Shown here piece by piece: positions 51,019-61,001 of a DNA stretch of 64,000 bases. How positions within the stretch are numbered: the first letter of the stretch is position 1; the number at the start of each line of letters is the position of its first letter. Under the pieces are notes generated by a model. That model ran no database searches. It was not told the origin of the DNA and saw only the letters and a list, made by a program, of their open reading frames with translations. This stretch comes from Planctomycetota bacterium. Lineage in GTDB: Bacteria; Planctomycetota; UBA11346. The position numbers and the translations under genes were made by a program. The stretch covers positions 43,423-107,422 of the forward strand of contig DASPLE010000058.1 in assembly GCA_035627695.1 (NCBI GenBank). The letters are read 5' to 3'.

Positions 51019-51663
51019 TCAGCGCGTCGGCGCGCTGGCCGCCGTCAGCCCCGCCAGCTCGTCGTCCGGGATGCCCGCGGAACGCAGGCGCTTCAGCGCC
51101 CGCTCGTCCCATCCCCGGCGGACCGGCGCGAGCGCGGCGGCGGTCTCGCGCGCCAACTCGCCGTGGGCTTCGGCGAGACGCTTGCCGCTGGTCGAGGCGG
51201 CGAAGCGGCGCACCGCGGTGCGGTCGTCGCCGGTGAACGGCTTGCGCATGGTCTTGTCGAGGCGGTCCTGCGCGCCGACGGCGCGATGGACCAGCTCGTC
51301 GACCGCCATCGGCAGCTCCTGGCCGAGCCGCTTGCCGGTCTCGGTCTGGTAGAACAGGATCGCCGCCTGCAGATCCTCGGCGGGCAGGCGCTGACGGTAG
51401 ACCGCCGCGATCGCGGATTCGGCGTCGCGCTCGCTGAGATCGCCGCGCAGGTCCTCCCAGAACGACGCGGGCATCGACGGACCGGCGCCGCGCCAGCGCG
51501 CGATCGCGCGCTCGACCTCGAGCCGCGCCTGGCCGCTGGCGGCGACCATGATCTCGGCGTCGTCGCGCCGGTCGACGACCTCGCGGACCTTGTCGCGCAC
51601 GCCGCACCCGGCGAGCAACGCGGCGGCGACCAGGACGAGCAGCGGCAGAGGACGGGTGATCAT
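51019..51663 (-). CDS. DUF2059 lipoprotein
   Basis: lipobox LLAGC; AAILFYQTETGKRL motif. Confidence 0.55.
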   Translation of the reverse strand: MITRPLPLLVLVAAALLAGCGVRDKVREVVDRRDDAEIMVAASGQARLEVERAIARWRGAGPSMPASFWEDLRGDLSERDAESAIAAVYRQRLPAEDLQAAILFYQTETGKRLGQELPMAVDELVHRAVGAQDRLDKTMRKPFTGDDRTAVRRFAASTSGKRLAEAHGELARETAAALAPVRRGWDERALKRLRSAGIPDDELAGLTAASAPTR

Positions 51664-51764
51664 GCGCCGATGCTTCTCGCGACGGCCGTCGAGGCTCGCG
51701 AAACCAGGCTCGTCTTCGACACCGCGCGCATCGCGCGCATCGCCCGGTCGCGGCGCGGCCGCGA

Positions 51765-53192
51765 TCACCGCCGCAGCGTCATCGCCGCCCACGGGCCGCA
51801 GCGGTAGCGCCAGACCATCAGCGCGAAGATCGCGGCGAGGTACAGCAGGAAGGTCAGCCAGCAGGCGGTCAGCGGCGACAGGCCGAACGCGTGCCAGGTC
51901 TCGGCTGGCACCAGCCGCGCCGCGGCCATCACCGGCAGGCAGAAGACCAGCAGCGCGGCGCTGGTCAGCGTCACCAGCGGCCAACGCGTGTCGCCCGCGC
52001 CCTGGACGGCGAAGCGGAAGACGATGTGCCCGCCATCGAGGAAGAACATCGGCGCGCACAGCCACATCAGCGGGCGGCCGTGGTCGAGGATCTCGCGCCA
52101 GCGCGCGGCGCTCGCCGCCGGATCGGCGTCGTCGACCGAGACGTAGGCCGACATCAGCAGGTCGGGCGCCAGCACAAACAGCGCCGCCGCGGGAACCAGC
52201 ACGGCCGCGACCAGCCAGCCGGCGCGGCGCACGATCGCGCGCGCGACGTCGATCCGGCCGGCGCCGACGGCCTGGCCGACGCCGATGGTGATGCCCTGGC
52301 CGAGTCCGATCAGCGGCACGAGCACGGTCAGGTAGAGCGAGAACACCAGGTTGTTGGCGGCGAGCTCCGGCGTGCCGAGGCCGGCGATGGCGGTGGTGAA
52401 GACCAGCATCGCCGTCATCTCGAGCACCTCGGTGCCGCCGCGCGGCAGCGCCGAACGGCAGAAGCGCCACAGCCGCCGCGGGTCGGCGTTGCGCATCCGC
52501 CAGGTCGCGAAGCGCGCGCGCATCGCGCGGCCGAAGAACAGCGCGACGCCGATGGCGGCGCCGGTCGTGGTGGCGATCAGCGTCGCCAGGCCCGCCCCGT
52601 GGATGCCCAGCGCCGGCACGCCCAGGGCGCCGAAGATCAGCCAGCGGTTGAGCGCGATCGAGCCGAGGCAGACGCCCAGCGACAGCAGCATGACCAGGCG
52701 CGTGCGTCCGAGCCCGCCGAACCAGCCGGACAGGCCGGCGAGCAGCACCACCGGCAGGGTCTCGGCGAGGTACCACGAGCCGAGCGCGACCATGCCGGCG
52801 GTGACCGCCGGCGCGGCGCCGAACAGCGCGAAGATCTCGTGGCGCAGGCACAGCGAGGCCAACGCCAGCGCGCCGGCGATCAGCGCCAGCCAGATCATCG
52901 GCCAGGCGACGGCGCCGACCTCGTCGTCCTCGCCGGCGCCGTGGTGCTGCGCCGCGAACGCGCCGACGTAGCTGGCGCTGGCGATGAAGAACGCCTGGAC
53001 GGTGTAGGCCAGCATCCCCGCGGGCAGGCTCGCGGCCAAGGCGTCGGGGCTGTAGTGCGACAGGAACAGCCGGTTGATGAACTGCATCGCCCAGTTGACG
53101 CCGGCGCCCGCCGCGAGCGGCAGGGCGAGGCCGAGGAAGCCGCGCGCGCTGGCGAGGCTGGCGACGTCGGGACGCGGCGCGGTGACGTCCAT
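51765..53192 (-). CDS. MATE-family efflux transporter
   Basis: 12-TM, LALPLAAGAGVNWAMQFINRLFL start typical of NorM/MATE. Confidence 0.8.
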   Translation of the reverse strand: MDVTAPRPDVASLASARGFLGLALPLAAGAGVNWAMQFINRLFLSHYSPDALAASLPAGMLAYTVQAFFIASASYVGAFAAQHHGAGEDDEVGAVAWPMIWLALIAGALALASLCLRHEIFALFGAAPAVTAGMVALGSWYLAETLPVVLLAGLSGWFGGLGRTRLVMLLSLGVCLGSIALNRWLIFGALGVPALGIHGAGLATLIATTTGAAIGVALFFGRAMRARFATWRMRNADPRRLWRFCRSALPRGGTEVLEMTAMLVFTTAIAGLGTPELAANNLVFSLYLTVLVPLIGLGQGITIGVGQAVGAGRIDVARAIVRRAGWLVAAVLVPAAALFVLAPDLLMSAYVSVDDADPAASAARWREILDHGRPLMWLCAPMFFLDGGHIVFRFAVQGAGDTRWPLVTLTSAALLVFCLPVMAAARLVPAETWHAFGLSPLTACWLTFLLYLAAIFALMVWRYRCGPWAAMTLRR

Positions 53193-53291
53193 GGCGGGCC
53201 GCGCAGCGTACCGCCCGCCCGTCGCGCGCCAGAGCCCTGCCCGAGCCCGTGCGCGACCGGATCTCACCGACGCCCAGGCGCCGGAAGCACC

Positions 53292-56060
53292 TCAGAAGTC
53301 GTCGCCCTCCTGCGGCTGCGCAGCGGCCGGGACGAGGATTTCGAGGGGGAACCCGGTGGTCCTGGCGAGATCGCGCGCCGTGCTGCCGACGTCGCCCGCG
53401 TCGAGGTCGGCGCCGCGCGCCGCCAGCTCCTGCGCGATGTCGGGATTCCCGGTGATGCCGACCGCGAGCTGCAACGCGGTCATCAGCGTACCGGGATCCC
53501 GCGCGCCGATCGGGACGCCGGCCTCGAGGCAACGACGCACGAGCGCCGCGTCGTCGAGCAGCACCGCCGCGGCGAGCAGACCGGGGCCTTCCGCCTCGCG
53601 ACGGGCGTCGTCCGCGAGAGCCGCGGCAGCGCCGGCGGGATCGCCGCCGAGCGCCTGCGCGCGCGCGGTGATCGGCTTGCCGTGACGACGGAAGAGCGCC
53701 ACCACCCCCGCGGCGTTCGGTCCCGGCCCGAGCAGGTCGATCGCGGCCCCGCCCGGCGCGCCATGCCGGGACTCGTCCGCGATCGCGGCGCCGTGCGCGA
53801 GCAGCAGGTCGATGAGCGGCAGGTGCGCGGCGCGGCAGGCGTACCCCAGCGGCGTCGTCCCGTAGCGGTTGACGGGCGATGCCGGGGCGCCGCGCTCGAG
53901 CAGCAGCTTGGCCGCGGCGAGCGCGTGGTTGTCGATGGCGCGGTACAGCGCCGTGCCGCCGGTGGCGTCGACGGCGTCGATGCGCACGCGCGGATCGTCG
54001 AGGAGCGCGGCGATCGCGCGGCAGCGATCCCCCACCGCCGCGACCGCCAAGGGGCTCAGCCTCGAGCCCGGGAACGGTTCGGTCGGGTCGTCGCCGGCGG
54101 CGAGGCGACGGCGCACCGCGTCGGCATCGTCGTCGCGGATCGCCGACCACAGGTCGTCGCCAGGCCGCGCATCGGGGCGGAGCACGAGGACCTGCGGCAG
54201 ATAGACATCGCTGGTCTGCGCCGAGATCACCAGCCGCCACTGGCCCTGGTGCCGCTGCGGCGCGACGGCATGGAGCCGCCCATCGACCCACACGGCGCAG
54301 GTCGTGCCGTCGGCGAGCAGGCGCAGTTCGATCGCGCCGTCGTCCGGCCGCAGCGACGGGACCTGCGCCCCGGTGCCATCCAGGACGCACTGGGCCCCGC
54401 CGTTGTGCAGCAGCCAGCCGACGTGGTCGCCGGGGCTCGCGCCGCCGCCGACCGGCTCGAGCGCGACCATCACCCGCGCATACGGCCGCGCCAGGCCGGG
54501 CAGCGCCGTGAATGCGTCGCCGCGGATCGAGACCGCGATCGGCCCGGTGAGCGGCTCCGAGCGCAGGCTGACGCCGTCGCCGTTCCAGATGTGCGCGCTG
54601 CCGCTGGCGAGCGACTCGCCGAGATCGGGGTCCTCGAACGCCGCCGCGATGCTCGACCAGTCCGCGGGCCAACTCGGCGGTTCGGCATCCGCAAGGCCGG
54701 CCGGCAGCCGCCCGAGCGACATCGCGAGGCCCTCGCTCAGCACGCGCGCGCGTTCGATGGCGCCGCGCGCGCGCAGCGCCGCGTGGAGCGCGGCATCGGC
54801 GAACCAGCGATCGCCCCGACCAGCCGGCACATCGGCGTGCCATGCCGCGCAGGCGTCGTCGCGCCCCGCCGCCGACGCGCAGGCGGTGCCGAGCATGGCC
54901 AGCGCTACCCGCGGACAGCCGGCGTCGATCGCCCGATCCAGCGCGGCGAGCGCGGCCTCCGGTCGATCGAGCCAGGTCGCCGAGGCCTCCGCCACGGCGT
55001 CATCCCACGCGCCGGGTGGCACGCCGACGCGCGGATCCCAGGCATAGGCGCCGTTCAGCGATGCCGGCGGAAATGGTCCGCAACGCCGCGCCACCGCGGC
55101 TGCGTCGAGCAGGTCGAGGACCATCGGCCCGCCGAACGCGTCGCCCGCCGCGTCGGACCAGCCGAAGTGCCCGATCGGCCGGCCGTTGATCGCGGTCAGG
55201 ACGCGCGAGGCACCGACCGCGCGACGCATGTCGATGGCCGACGCCTCGACGTGGCGCAGCACCAGCGACCAGCCATGGGAGGCGTCCAATCCCGGGACGG
55301 GAGCGGGGGCGGGCGGCTCGTCGGCGACGACCGCCGTCGGCGTGGGCGCGTGACGCGGCCGCGCGGTCCACAGCGCCAGCGCGGCTACAAGCGCCGAGGC
55401 CAGGAGGATCAGCGGCAGCACCGGGATCGCCCAGGCGATCGGGGCGGCGCGCGCGACGAGCGCGACCCGACCCAGCACATCGACCATCGGCGCCGGCAGC
55501 GCCGCCGCGGGAAGCTGCTCGAAGAGCGCCGCCGGCGCCGCGCCGAGCGCGACGCCCCGGCGATCCAGGGCGGCGCGCATGCGCGCGAGCCCCTCGGCGA
55601 GCCGGCGGCTGACCGTCGCCTGGCTGATGGCGAGGCCCGCGGCGATCGCGTCCTGGCTCTGGCCGGCGAGGAAACGCGCGACCAGGACCGCGCGCAGGTC
55701 GACGTCGAGCTCGGCGAGCGCCTCGTCCAGGTGCGCGAGATCCGCGCGTTGCGCCTGCAGCGCCGGGACGTCGTCCGGCAACGCCGTGGTCAGCGGCCGC
55801 CGGGCGATGATGCGCGCGGCGCAGCGGCGGGCGACGGTGTGCAGCCACGCCGGCACGCGCTCGCGCACGCGGTTCGCGCCGCGCGCGAGTTCGAGGAAGG
55901 CGTCCTGGCAGGCCTCGTCGGCCTCCGCCGCGCGGCCGGTGACGCGCAGGCACAGGCCGTAGACCCAGCTGCCATGGCGCTCGACCAGCGCGGCGAACGC
56001 CTGCTGGTCGGCGCGACGGCGGAAGGCGTCGAGCAGGTCGAGGTCGGTCGGCGTGGCCAT
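53292..56060 (-). CDS. ECF-type sigma factor fused to TM, large extracytoplasmic region and C-terminal ankyrin repeats
   Basis: sigma regions 2/4 (ACQDAFLELARG...AWLHTVARR; LVARFLAGQSQDAIAAGLAISQATVSRRLAEGL); TM; ANK repeats GGTALYRAIDNHALAAAKLLLERGA...YGTTPLGYACRAAHLPLIDLLLAHGAA. Confidence 0.7.
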   Translation of the reverse strand: MATPTDLDLLDAFRRRADQQAFAALVERHGSWVYGLCLRVTGRAAEADEACQDAFLELARGANRVRERVPAWLHTVARRCAARIIARRPLTTALPDDVPALQAQRADLAHLDEALAELDVDLRAVLVARFLAGQSQDAIAAGLAISQATVSRRLAEGLARMRAALDRRGVALGAAPAALFEQLPAAALPAPMVDVLGRVALVARAAPIAWAIPVLPLILLASALVAALALWTARPRHAPTPTAVVADEPPAPAPVPGLDASHGWSLVLRHVEASAIDMRRAVGASRVLTAINGRPIGHFGWSDAAGDAFGGPMVLDLLDAAAVARRCGPFPPASLNGAYAWDPRVGVPPGAWDDAVAEASATWLDRPEAALAALDRAIDAGCPRVALAMLGTACASAAGRDDACAAWHADVPAGRGDRWFADAALHAALRARGAIERARVLSEGLAMSLGRLPAGLADAEPPSWPADWSSIAAAFEDPDLGESLASGSAHIWNGDGVSLRSEPLTGPIAVSIRGDAFTALPGLARPYARVMVALEPVGGGASPGDHVGWLLHNGGAQCVLDGTGAQVPSLRPDDGAIELRLLADGTTCAVWVDGRLHAVAPQRHQGQWRLVISAQTSDVYLPQVLVLRPDARPGDDLWSAIRDDDADAVRRRLAAGDDPTEPFPGSRLSPLAVAAVGDRCRAIAALLDDPRVRIDAVDATGGTALYRAIDNHALAAAKLLLERGAPASPVNRYGTTPLGYACRAAHLPLIDLLLAHGAAIADESRHGAPGGAAIDLLGPGPNAAGVVALFRRHGKPITARAQALGGDPAGAAAALADDARREAEGPGLLAAAVLLDDAALVRRCLEAGVPIGARDPGTLMTALQLAVGITGNPDIAQELAARGADLDAGDVGSTARDLARTTGFPLEILVPAAAQPQEGDDF

Positions 56061-56248
56061 CGTGGTCTCCACAGCGTGGTGGGCTCCTCGGGCGCCGCCC
56101 ATTCAATGTTTCCGCGTCCGGTCTGGCACCCGGCTCGTCCCGGGCGTGCCGACGACGGACGCCACCGCCGCGCAGCGGACGTGGCGCCGCGAGGCCCCGC
56201 CTCGCGCCTTGAGTCCCGGGCGCGGCGGACGACCGTGCGCGTCCGCAT

Positions 56249-56512
56249 ATGGACGTCGATCCGCTCGCGCTCGCCCGGCGCATCGTCGAAGGGCTCAATC
56301 TCGAAGGCGTGGAGCCGGCGAGCATCGATCCCAAGGCCCCGTTGTTCGGCGAAGGGCTCGGGCTCGACTCGATCGACGCGCTCGAGCTGGCCGTGGTCGT
56401 CGACCGCTCCTACGGGGTGAAGATCCAGGGCCAGGAGGATGGCCGCGCGGCGTTCGCCAGCCTCGAAGCGCTGGCCGCGTACATCCGCGCGCACGGCACC
56501 AAGACCGCATGA
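56249..56512 (+). CDS. acyl carrier protein
   Basis: 87 aa, phosphopantetheine site LGLDSIDALEL. Confidence 0.8.
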   Translation: MDVDPLALARRIVEGLNLEGVEPASIDPKAPLFGEGLGLDSIDALELAVVVDRSYGVKIQGQEDGRAAFASLEALAAYIRAHGTKTA

Positions 56513-58137
56513 CCACGACGCGCGAGGCCTACGACGTCGTCATCCTCGGTGGCGGCCTGGCCGGCCTGTCGCTGGCGATCCAGCTCAAGCAGGAACGGCC
56601 GCGGACCAGCGTCCTGGTGATCGAGAAGAAGGCGCACCCGCTGCGCGAGGCGGCGCACAAGGTCGGCGAATCGTCGGTCGAGATCGGCGCGCACTACTTC
56701 ACGCACGTGCTCGGCCTCGAGCCGCACTTCATCAAGGACCAGCTGCCCAAGCTCGGGCTGCGCTACTTCTTCGCCGACGGCGACAAGCGCGCGCTCGAGA
56801 CGCGCACCGAGATGGGCGGCAACGTCTTCCTGCCGTCGCGCAGCTGGCAGATCGACCGCGGCCGGTTCGAGAACCACCTCGGCGTGCGCGCGGTCGAGCT
56901 CGGCGCCGACTTCGTCCACGGCGCCAGCGTCGGCGCGATCGACCTCGGCAAGGACAAGAGCGAGCACACCGTCGCCTTCGCCGTCGGCGCCGACAAGCGC
57001 ACCGCACGCGCGCGCTGGGTGGTCGATGCGGCGGGTCGCGCCTCGATCCTCAAGCGCAAGCTCGGCCTGCTCGAGGGCAACGGCCACGACGCCAACGCCG
57101 TGTGGTGGCGGTACGACCGCCACGTGAAGATCGACGACTGGTCGACCGACGCGACGTGGCAGGCGCAGTGCCCGAGCCGCCAGCGCTGGCTGTCGACCGT
57201 GCACTTCATGGGCCCCGGCTACTGGGTGTGGTTCATCCCGCTCGCCTCGGGCAGCCACAGCGTCGGCATCGTCGCCGACGGGAAGATGCATCCGTTCAGC
57301 GGCTACTCGTCGTACGCCAAGTCGCTCGAGTGGCTGCGCACGCACGAGCCGCAATGCGCGGCGATGTGCGAGGGGCGCGACGACCAGCTGCAGGACTTCC
57401 TCGGCCTGAAGGGCTTCTCGCACTCGGCCAAGCAGGTCTATTCCGATCAGCGCTGGGCCTGCGTCGGCGAGGCGGGCGCGTTCCTCGATCCGTTCTATTC
57501 GCCCGGCAGCGACTACATCGGCATGGGCAACACGTTCGTCGTCGACCTGGTCAAGCGCAGCCTGGCCAACGAGCCGATCGCCGCGCGCTCGCAGTTCTAC
57601 GACCAGATCTACTTCACCTTCTTCCGCAACCACCTGTCGCTGTACGAAGGGCAGATGCCGCTGTTCGGCGACGCCAAGATCATGACGGCGAAGATCCTCT
57701 GGGACTTCGCCTACTACTGGTGCGTGCCGGCGGCGTTCTTCTTCCATCGCCGGCAGTGCGACCTGGCGGCATTCGCGCGGGGCAAGGCCGAGCTCGACCG
57801 ATCGGGCGAGATCAACCGCGCCATGCAGCGGCTGTTCCGCGACTGGAAGGCCGGCGACACGACGATCGCCAAGACCTTCATCGACGTGCCGAACATCCCG
57901 TTCATGCGCCAGCTCAACAGCGCGCTGCAGGACCCGCTCGACGACGCCCAGTTCGACCGCCGGCTGCGCGACAACCTCGCCCTGCTCGACCGCCTCGCCG
58001 GCGAGATCGCCGGCGAAGCGCGGCGTGACCTGCCGACGATCGACGCCAGCGGCCTGCCGCCGACGCCGGCGACGATCGAGCTGCTCGCGCCGATCCTGCA
58101 CCAGCTGCGGTCCAGGCCGATGGCGGCGAAGGCGTAA
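56509..58137 (+). CDS. FAD-dependent (flavin-dependent) halogenase
   Basis: GGGLAG Rossmann, conserved Lys (AAHKVGESS), WxWxIP (GYWVWFIPL), Fx.Px.Sx.G (FLDPFYSPG); ATGA overlap with ACP stop. Confidence 0.75.
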   Translation: MTTTREAYDVVILGGGLAGLSLAIQLKQERPRTSVLVIEKKAHPLREAAHKVGESSVEIGAHYFTHVLGLEPHFIKDQLPKLGLRYFFADGDKRALETRTEMGGNVFLPSRSWQIDRGRFENHLGVRAVELGADFVHGASVGAIDLGKDKSEHTVAFAVGADKRTARARWVVDAAGRASILKRKLGLLEGNGHDANAVWWRYDRHVKIDDWSTDATWQAQCPSRQRWLSTVHFMGPGYWVWFIPLASGSHSVGIVADGKMHPFSGYSSYAKSLEWLRTHEPQCAAMCEGRDDQLQDFLGLKGFSHSAKQVYSDQRWACVGEAGAFLDPFYSPGSDYIGMGNTFVVDLVKRSLANEPIAARSQFYDQIYFTFFRNHLSLYEGQMPLFGDAKIMTAKILWDFAYYWCVPAAFFFHRRQCDLAAFARGKAELDRSGEINRAMQRLFRDWKAGDTTIAKTFIDVPNIPFMRQLNSALQDPLDDAQFDRRLRDNLALLDRLAGEIAGEARRDLPTIDASGLPPTPATIELLAPILHQLRSRPMAAKA

Positions 58138-58240
58138 GCGAGGGCGAGGGCGCCGATCCGGACGATGTGCGCGTTCCCATGGGCGCGCCCGCCAACGGAT
58201 CGCCGCACCGGCCGTACGCTGGGAACCAGGCCTCCACCCC

Positions 58241-59665
58241 GTGGTCCAGACGTCTCCATCGCCGACGCGCGGCATCGCGCGTGAACTCATCGCCCTGGCG
58301 TTGCCGCTGTCGGTCGCCGGCGCGGCGATCGCCGCCAACGACTTCGTCGGTCGCTGGATCCTCTCGACGCTCGGACCGGTGACGCTGGCGGCGACCGCGC
58401 CCGCCGCGTTGTTCGCGCAGTGGCTGGGCGTGTTCTTCCTCGCCGCCGCCGGCTACCTCGCCAGCGTCGTCGCCCGCCGCGTCGGCGCGCGCGATGAACG
58501 CGGCGCCGGACCGGCGTTGTGGCCCGGCCTGGCGTTGGCCGCGATCGGCGGGGCGCTGGCGATCGCGGCGATCCCGCTGCTGCCCCTGGTCGCCGCCGCC
58601 GCGACCAGGGACGCCGCGGTCGCCGAACTGATCCCGCGCTTCGGACGATGGCTGCTGATGGCCGTCGGACCGGGGATCGCGCTGGCGGCGTTCAACGGCT
58701 TGTTCATCGGCATCGGCCGCGGCGGCGTCGTGCTGGCGCTCGATGGCGCCGCGTGCGTCATCAACGCGGGGCTCGCGTGGTTCCTGGTGCGCGCGGAGAC
58801 GGGGCCGCACCTGGGCGTCGACGGCGCCGGCATCGCCGCGGTCGCGTCCACCAGCGGCGCCGTCCTCGTCGCTGCGGCGCTGGCGTGGACGCCGCGCATG
58901 CGCGCGCGCTATGGCACCTGGGACGGCCGCTCCGGGATCGTGCGACGGCTGCGGCTGTTCATCTCCGAGGCCGGAGCGCAGGGCCTGAGCAGCGTGGTCT
59001 CGGTGGCGGCCTGGGGCTGGTTCTTCCTGGTCGTGGGTCGCTTCGGCCGCGAACCGATGGCGGCGACGAACGCGCTGATGGCGTGGACGGTGGTGGCGTA
59101 CGTGCCGATGATCGCCGTCGGCCGCGCCGTGACCGTCGCCGTTGGGCGCGCCACCGGCGCGGGCGATCCCGGGCGCGCGCGGCGCATCGCCCGTACCGGC
59201 TGCGCGCTGGCCGGGATGTGCGCGGTCGTTGTCGGCGTCGCCTTCGTCGCCGGCCGCGAGGCGCTCGTCGGCGCGTTCGTGCCGGCGGGTTCGGAAGGCG
59301 GTGAGCGCATCATCGCCCTCGGTCGCCAGCTGATGTGGGTGGTCGCGGCCTGGGGCATCGCCGACGCCGTGGTCATCGCCTACGCGGGCGCCCTCGCCGG
59401 GATCGGCGACGTCCGTTGGATGTGCGTCGCGGCGCCGTGCTGCCTGGGCACGCTGCTGGTCGTGCCGTGCCTGGCGATCCTCGCCGCTCCCGACGCCTGG
59501 TGGGGGCGGTTGGGAGCCGAACCGGTCGTCGTCCTGTGGTTCGTCAGCGTGGCCAACGAGATCGGCTGGGGCTGGCTGCTGCATCGCCGCTTCGCCGCGG
59601 TGACCGCGCGGCACGCCACCCCGCGCCGCGGCACGGACGATGCGCCGGCCGCGACCGCGGCCTGA
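58241..59665 (+). CDS. MATE-family efflux transporter (GTG start)
   Basis: 12-TM; ELIALALPLSVAG start; no ATG between halogenase stop and conserved N-terminus. Confidence 0.65.
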   Translation: MVQTSPSPTRGIARELIALALPLSVAGAAIAANDFVGRWILSTLGPVTLAATAPAALFAQWLGVFFLAAAGYLASVVARRVGARDERGAGPALWPGLALAAIGGALAIAAIPLLPLVAAAATRDAAVAELIPRFGRWLLMAVGPGIALAAFNGLFIGIGRGGVVLALDGAACVINAGLAWFLVRAETGPHLGVDGAGIAAVASTSGAVLVAAALAWTPRMRARYGTWDGRSGIVRRLRLFISEAGAQGLSSVVSVAAWGWFFLVVGRFGREPMAATNALMAWTVVAYVPMIAVGRAVTVAVGRATGAGDPGRARRIARTGCALAGMCAVVVGVAFVAGREALVGAFVPAGSEGGERIIALGRQLMWVVAAWGIADAVVIAYAGALAGIGDVRWMCVAAPCCLGTLLVVPCLAILAAPDAWWGRLGAEPVVVLWFVSVANEIGWGWLLHRRFAAVTARHATPRRGTDDAPAATAA

Positions 59666-59930
59666 TCGGCGGCGCCAACCTCTTCGCGGCCACGGACCTG
59701 GCAGGGCCAGGCGCCGGACCTGATCGCGCGTCGCACGTCGGCTCCGTCGTCCATGCGAGCACGAGGATTCGGTTTCTTCCGAGCCCGGCGCCCGTATGGT
59801 TCGCCCGGCGCCGCGTGTCGTGTCGCCTCTCCGGCGCCGAATGGCGCCTCTCTACCAGCGCCACGATGCCATTCCGGCGTCCGCAGCGTTTCTCTCGGCG
59901 CCCTCGCGGTGCCATCGTAAGGCTCAGTCT
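59666..59930 (+). promoter_or_regulatory. long structured leader upstream of RRM gene (several GGCGCC-based hairpins)
   Basis: ggcgccgaatggcgcc and gcccggcgcc...cgcccggcgcc inverted repeats; typical of cold-induced rbp leaders. Confidence 0.3.
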
Positions 59931-60293
59931 ATGGAACTCTTCGTCGGCAACCTTCCTTGGTCCATGTCGGATCAGGAACTGCAGGACCTCTTCTCCACGC
60001 ACGGCACGGTCGAGCGCGCCAAGATCGTCACCGATCGCGACACCGGTCGCAGCCGCGGCTTCGGCTTCGTCACGATGACCGACGACGCCCAGGGCCAGGC
60101 GGCCATCAAGGCCCTCAACGGGTCGCAGTCCGGCGGTCGTCCGATGACCGTCCGCCAGTCCGAGCCCCGCGGTGAGCGCACCGGCGGCGCCGGCGGCGGC
60201 GGCGGTGGCCGTGGAGGCGATCGCGGCGGCGATCGCGGTGGTTACGGCGGCGGCGGCGGCGGCGGATACGGCGGCGGCGGCAATCGTCGCTGA
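59931..60293 (+). CDS. glycine-rich RNA-binding protein (single RRM)
   Basis: RNP2 LFVGNL, RNP1 RGFGFVTM, Gly/Arg tail. Confidence 0.85.
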   Translation: MELFVGNLPWSMSDQELQDLFSTHGTVERAKIVTDRDTGRSRGFGFVTMTDDAQGQAAIKALNGSQSGGRPMTVRQSEPRGERTGGAGGGGGGRGGDRGGDRGGYGGGGGGGYGGGGNRR

Positions 60294-60317
60294 TCCAATC
60301 ACCGACGGCATCGATCC

Positions 60318-60347
60318 GCGGGGCCCGGCCTGACGGCCGGGCCCCGC
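60318..60347 (+). terminator. 13-bp perfect GC hairpin (GCGGGGCCCGGCC tgac GGCCGGGCCCCGC) after RRM gene; no U-tract
   Basis: read directly. Confidence 0.4.
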
Positions 60348-60382
60348 GCGTTACCGAGGCCGCCATCGCGCAGGAGTCCGCC

Positions 60383-60616
60383 GTGGCCGCCAAGCCCCGT
60401 GCCCGTTTTCTCATCCACCCTTCGATCGATAGCCTGGTCCAGCGCATCGCCGAGATCGGCGCCAAGACGCCGGCCGACGAGGTCGCGGCGCTGCGCGAAT
60501 CGTGCCGCGGCAAGATCCGCAGCTATCCGATCGAAAGCTACCTGCGTTCCAGCACCGATCCGGTCGCTGCGCGCACGCGCTACGATATCGTCGCCCGCTT
60601 CGCCGCGGGCAACTGA
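60383..60616 (+). CDS. small hypothetical protein (77 aa, GTG start)
   Basis: AGGAG SD 6 nt upstream. Confidence 0.4.
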   Translation: MAAKPRARFLIHPSIDSLVQRIAEIGAKTPADEVAALRESCRGKIRSYPIESYLRSSTDPVAARTRYDIVARFAAGN

Positions 60617-60665
60617 GCGCCTTCGCGTCGATCCGACGGCCGCTGACGCTTCCTACGGAGTTCCC

Positions 60666-60830
60666 ATGGCCCGCAATCCCGCAACCTTCGCCAAACGCCA
60701 GCGCGAGATGGACAAGAAGCGCGCGCAAGAAGAGAAGCGCAAGAAGCGCGCCGAGCGCAAATCGAATCCCGACCAGAAGGACGACGGCGGGGAAGAGACC
60801 TACGAAAAGTGCATGCCGATCCTGGATTGA
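60666..60830 (+). CDS. small Lys/Glu-rich basic protein (54 aa)
   Basis: ATG with GGAG SD; Lys-rich composition atypical for random GC-rich ORF. Confidence 0.35.
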   Translation: MARNPATFAKRQREMDKKRAQEEKRKKRAERKSNPDQKDDGGEETYEKCMPILD

Positions 60831-61001
60831 TGTCCTGACGGCGCGGCGGCCCAGCCTGCGACCGTCGCGCGGCCGCTGCGTCCCGATCGCGCGGCGGCGA
60901 TCAGGCGCTCCCGATCGCATTCCCTTCGGCGGTGATGGCGCACCCGGGCGCTGCGGCTAGCCTGCCGCCCGTGGCCGATCCGAGCACCCGCCCGAGCCGC
61001 C

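Noticed and set aside
51019-54843. 1274-aa minus-strand ORF spanning the DUF2059, MATE and part of the ECF-ankyrin loci
   Set aside because: Only its last 214 aa (the DUF2059 lipoprotein, 51019..51663) read as a real protein. The rest is low-complexity and runs through two genes in another frame.
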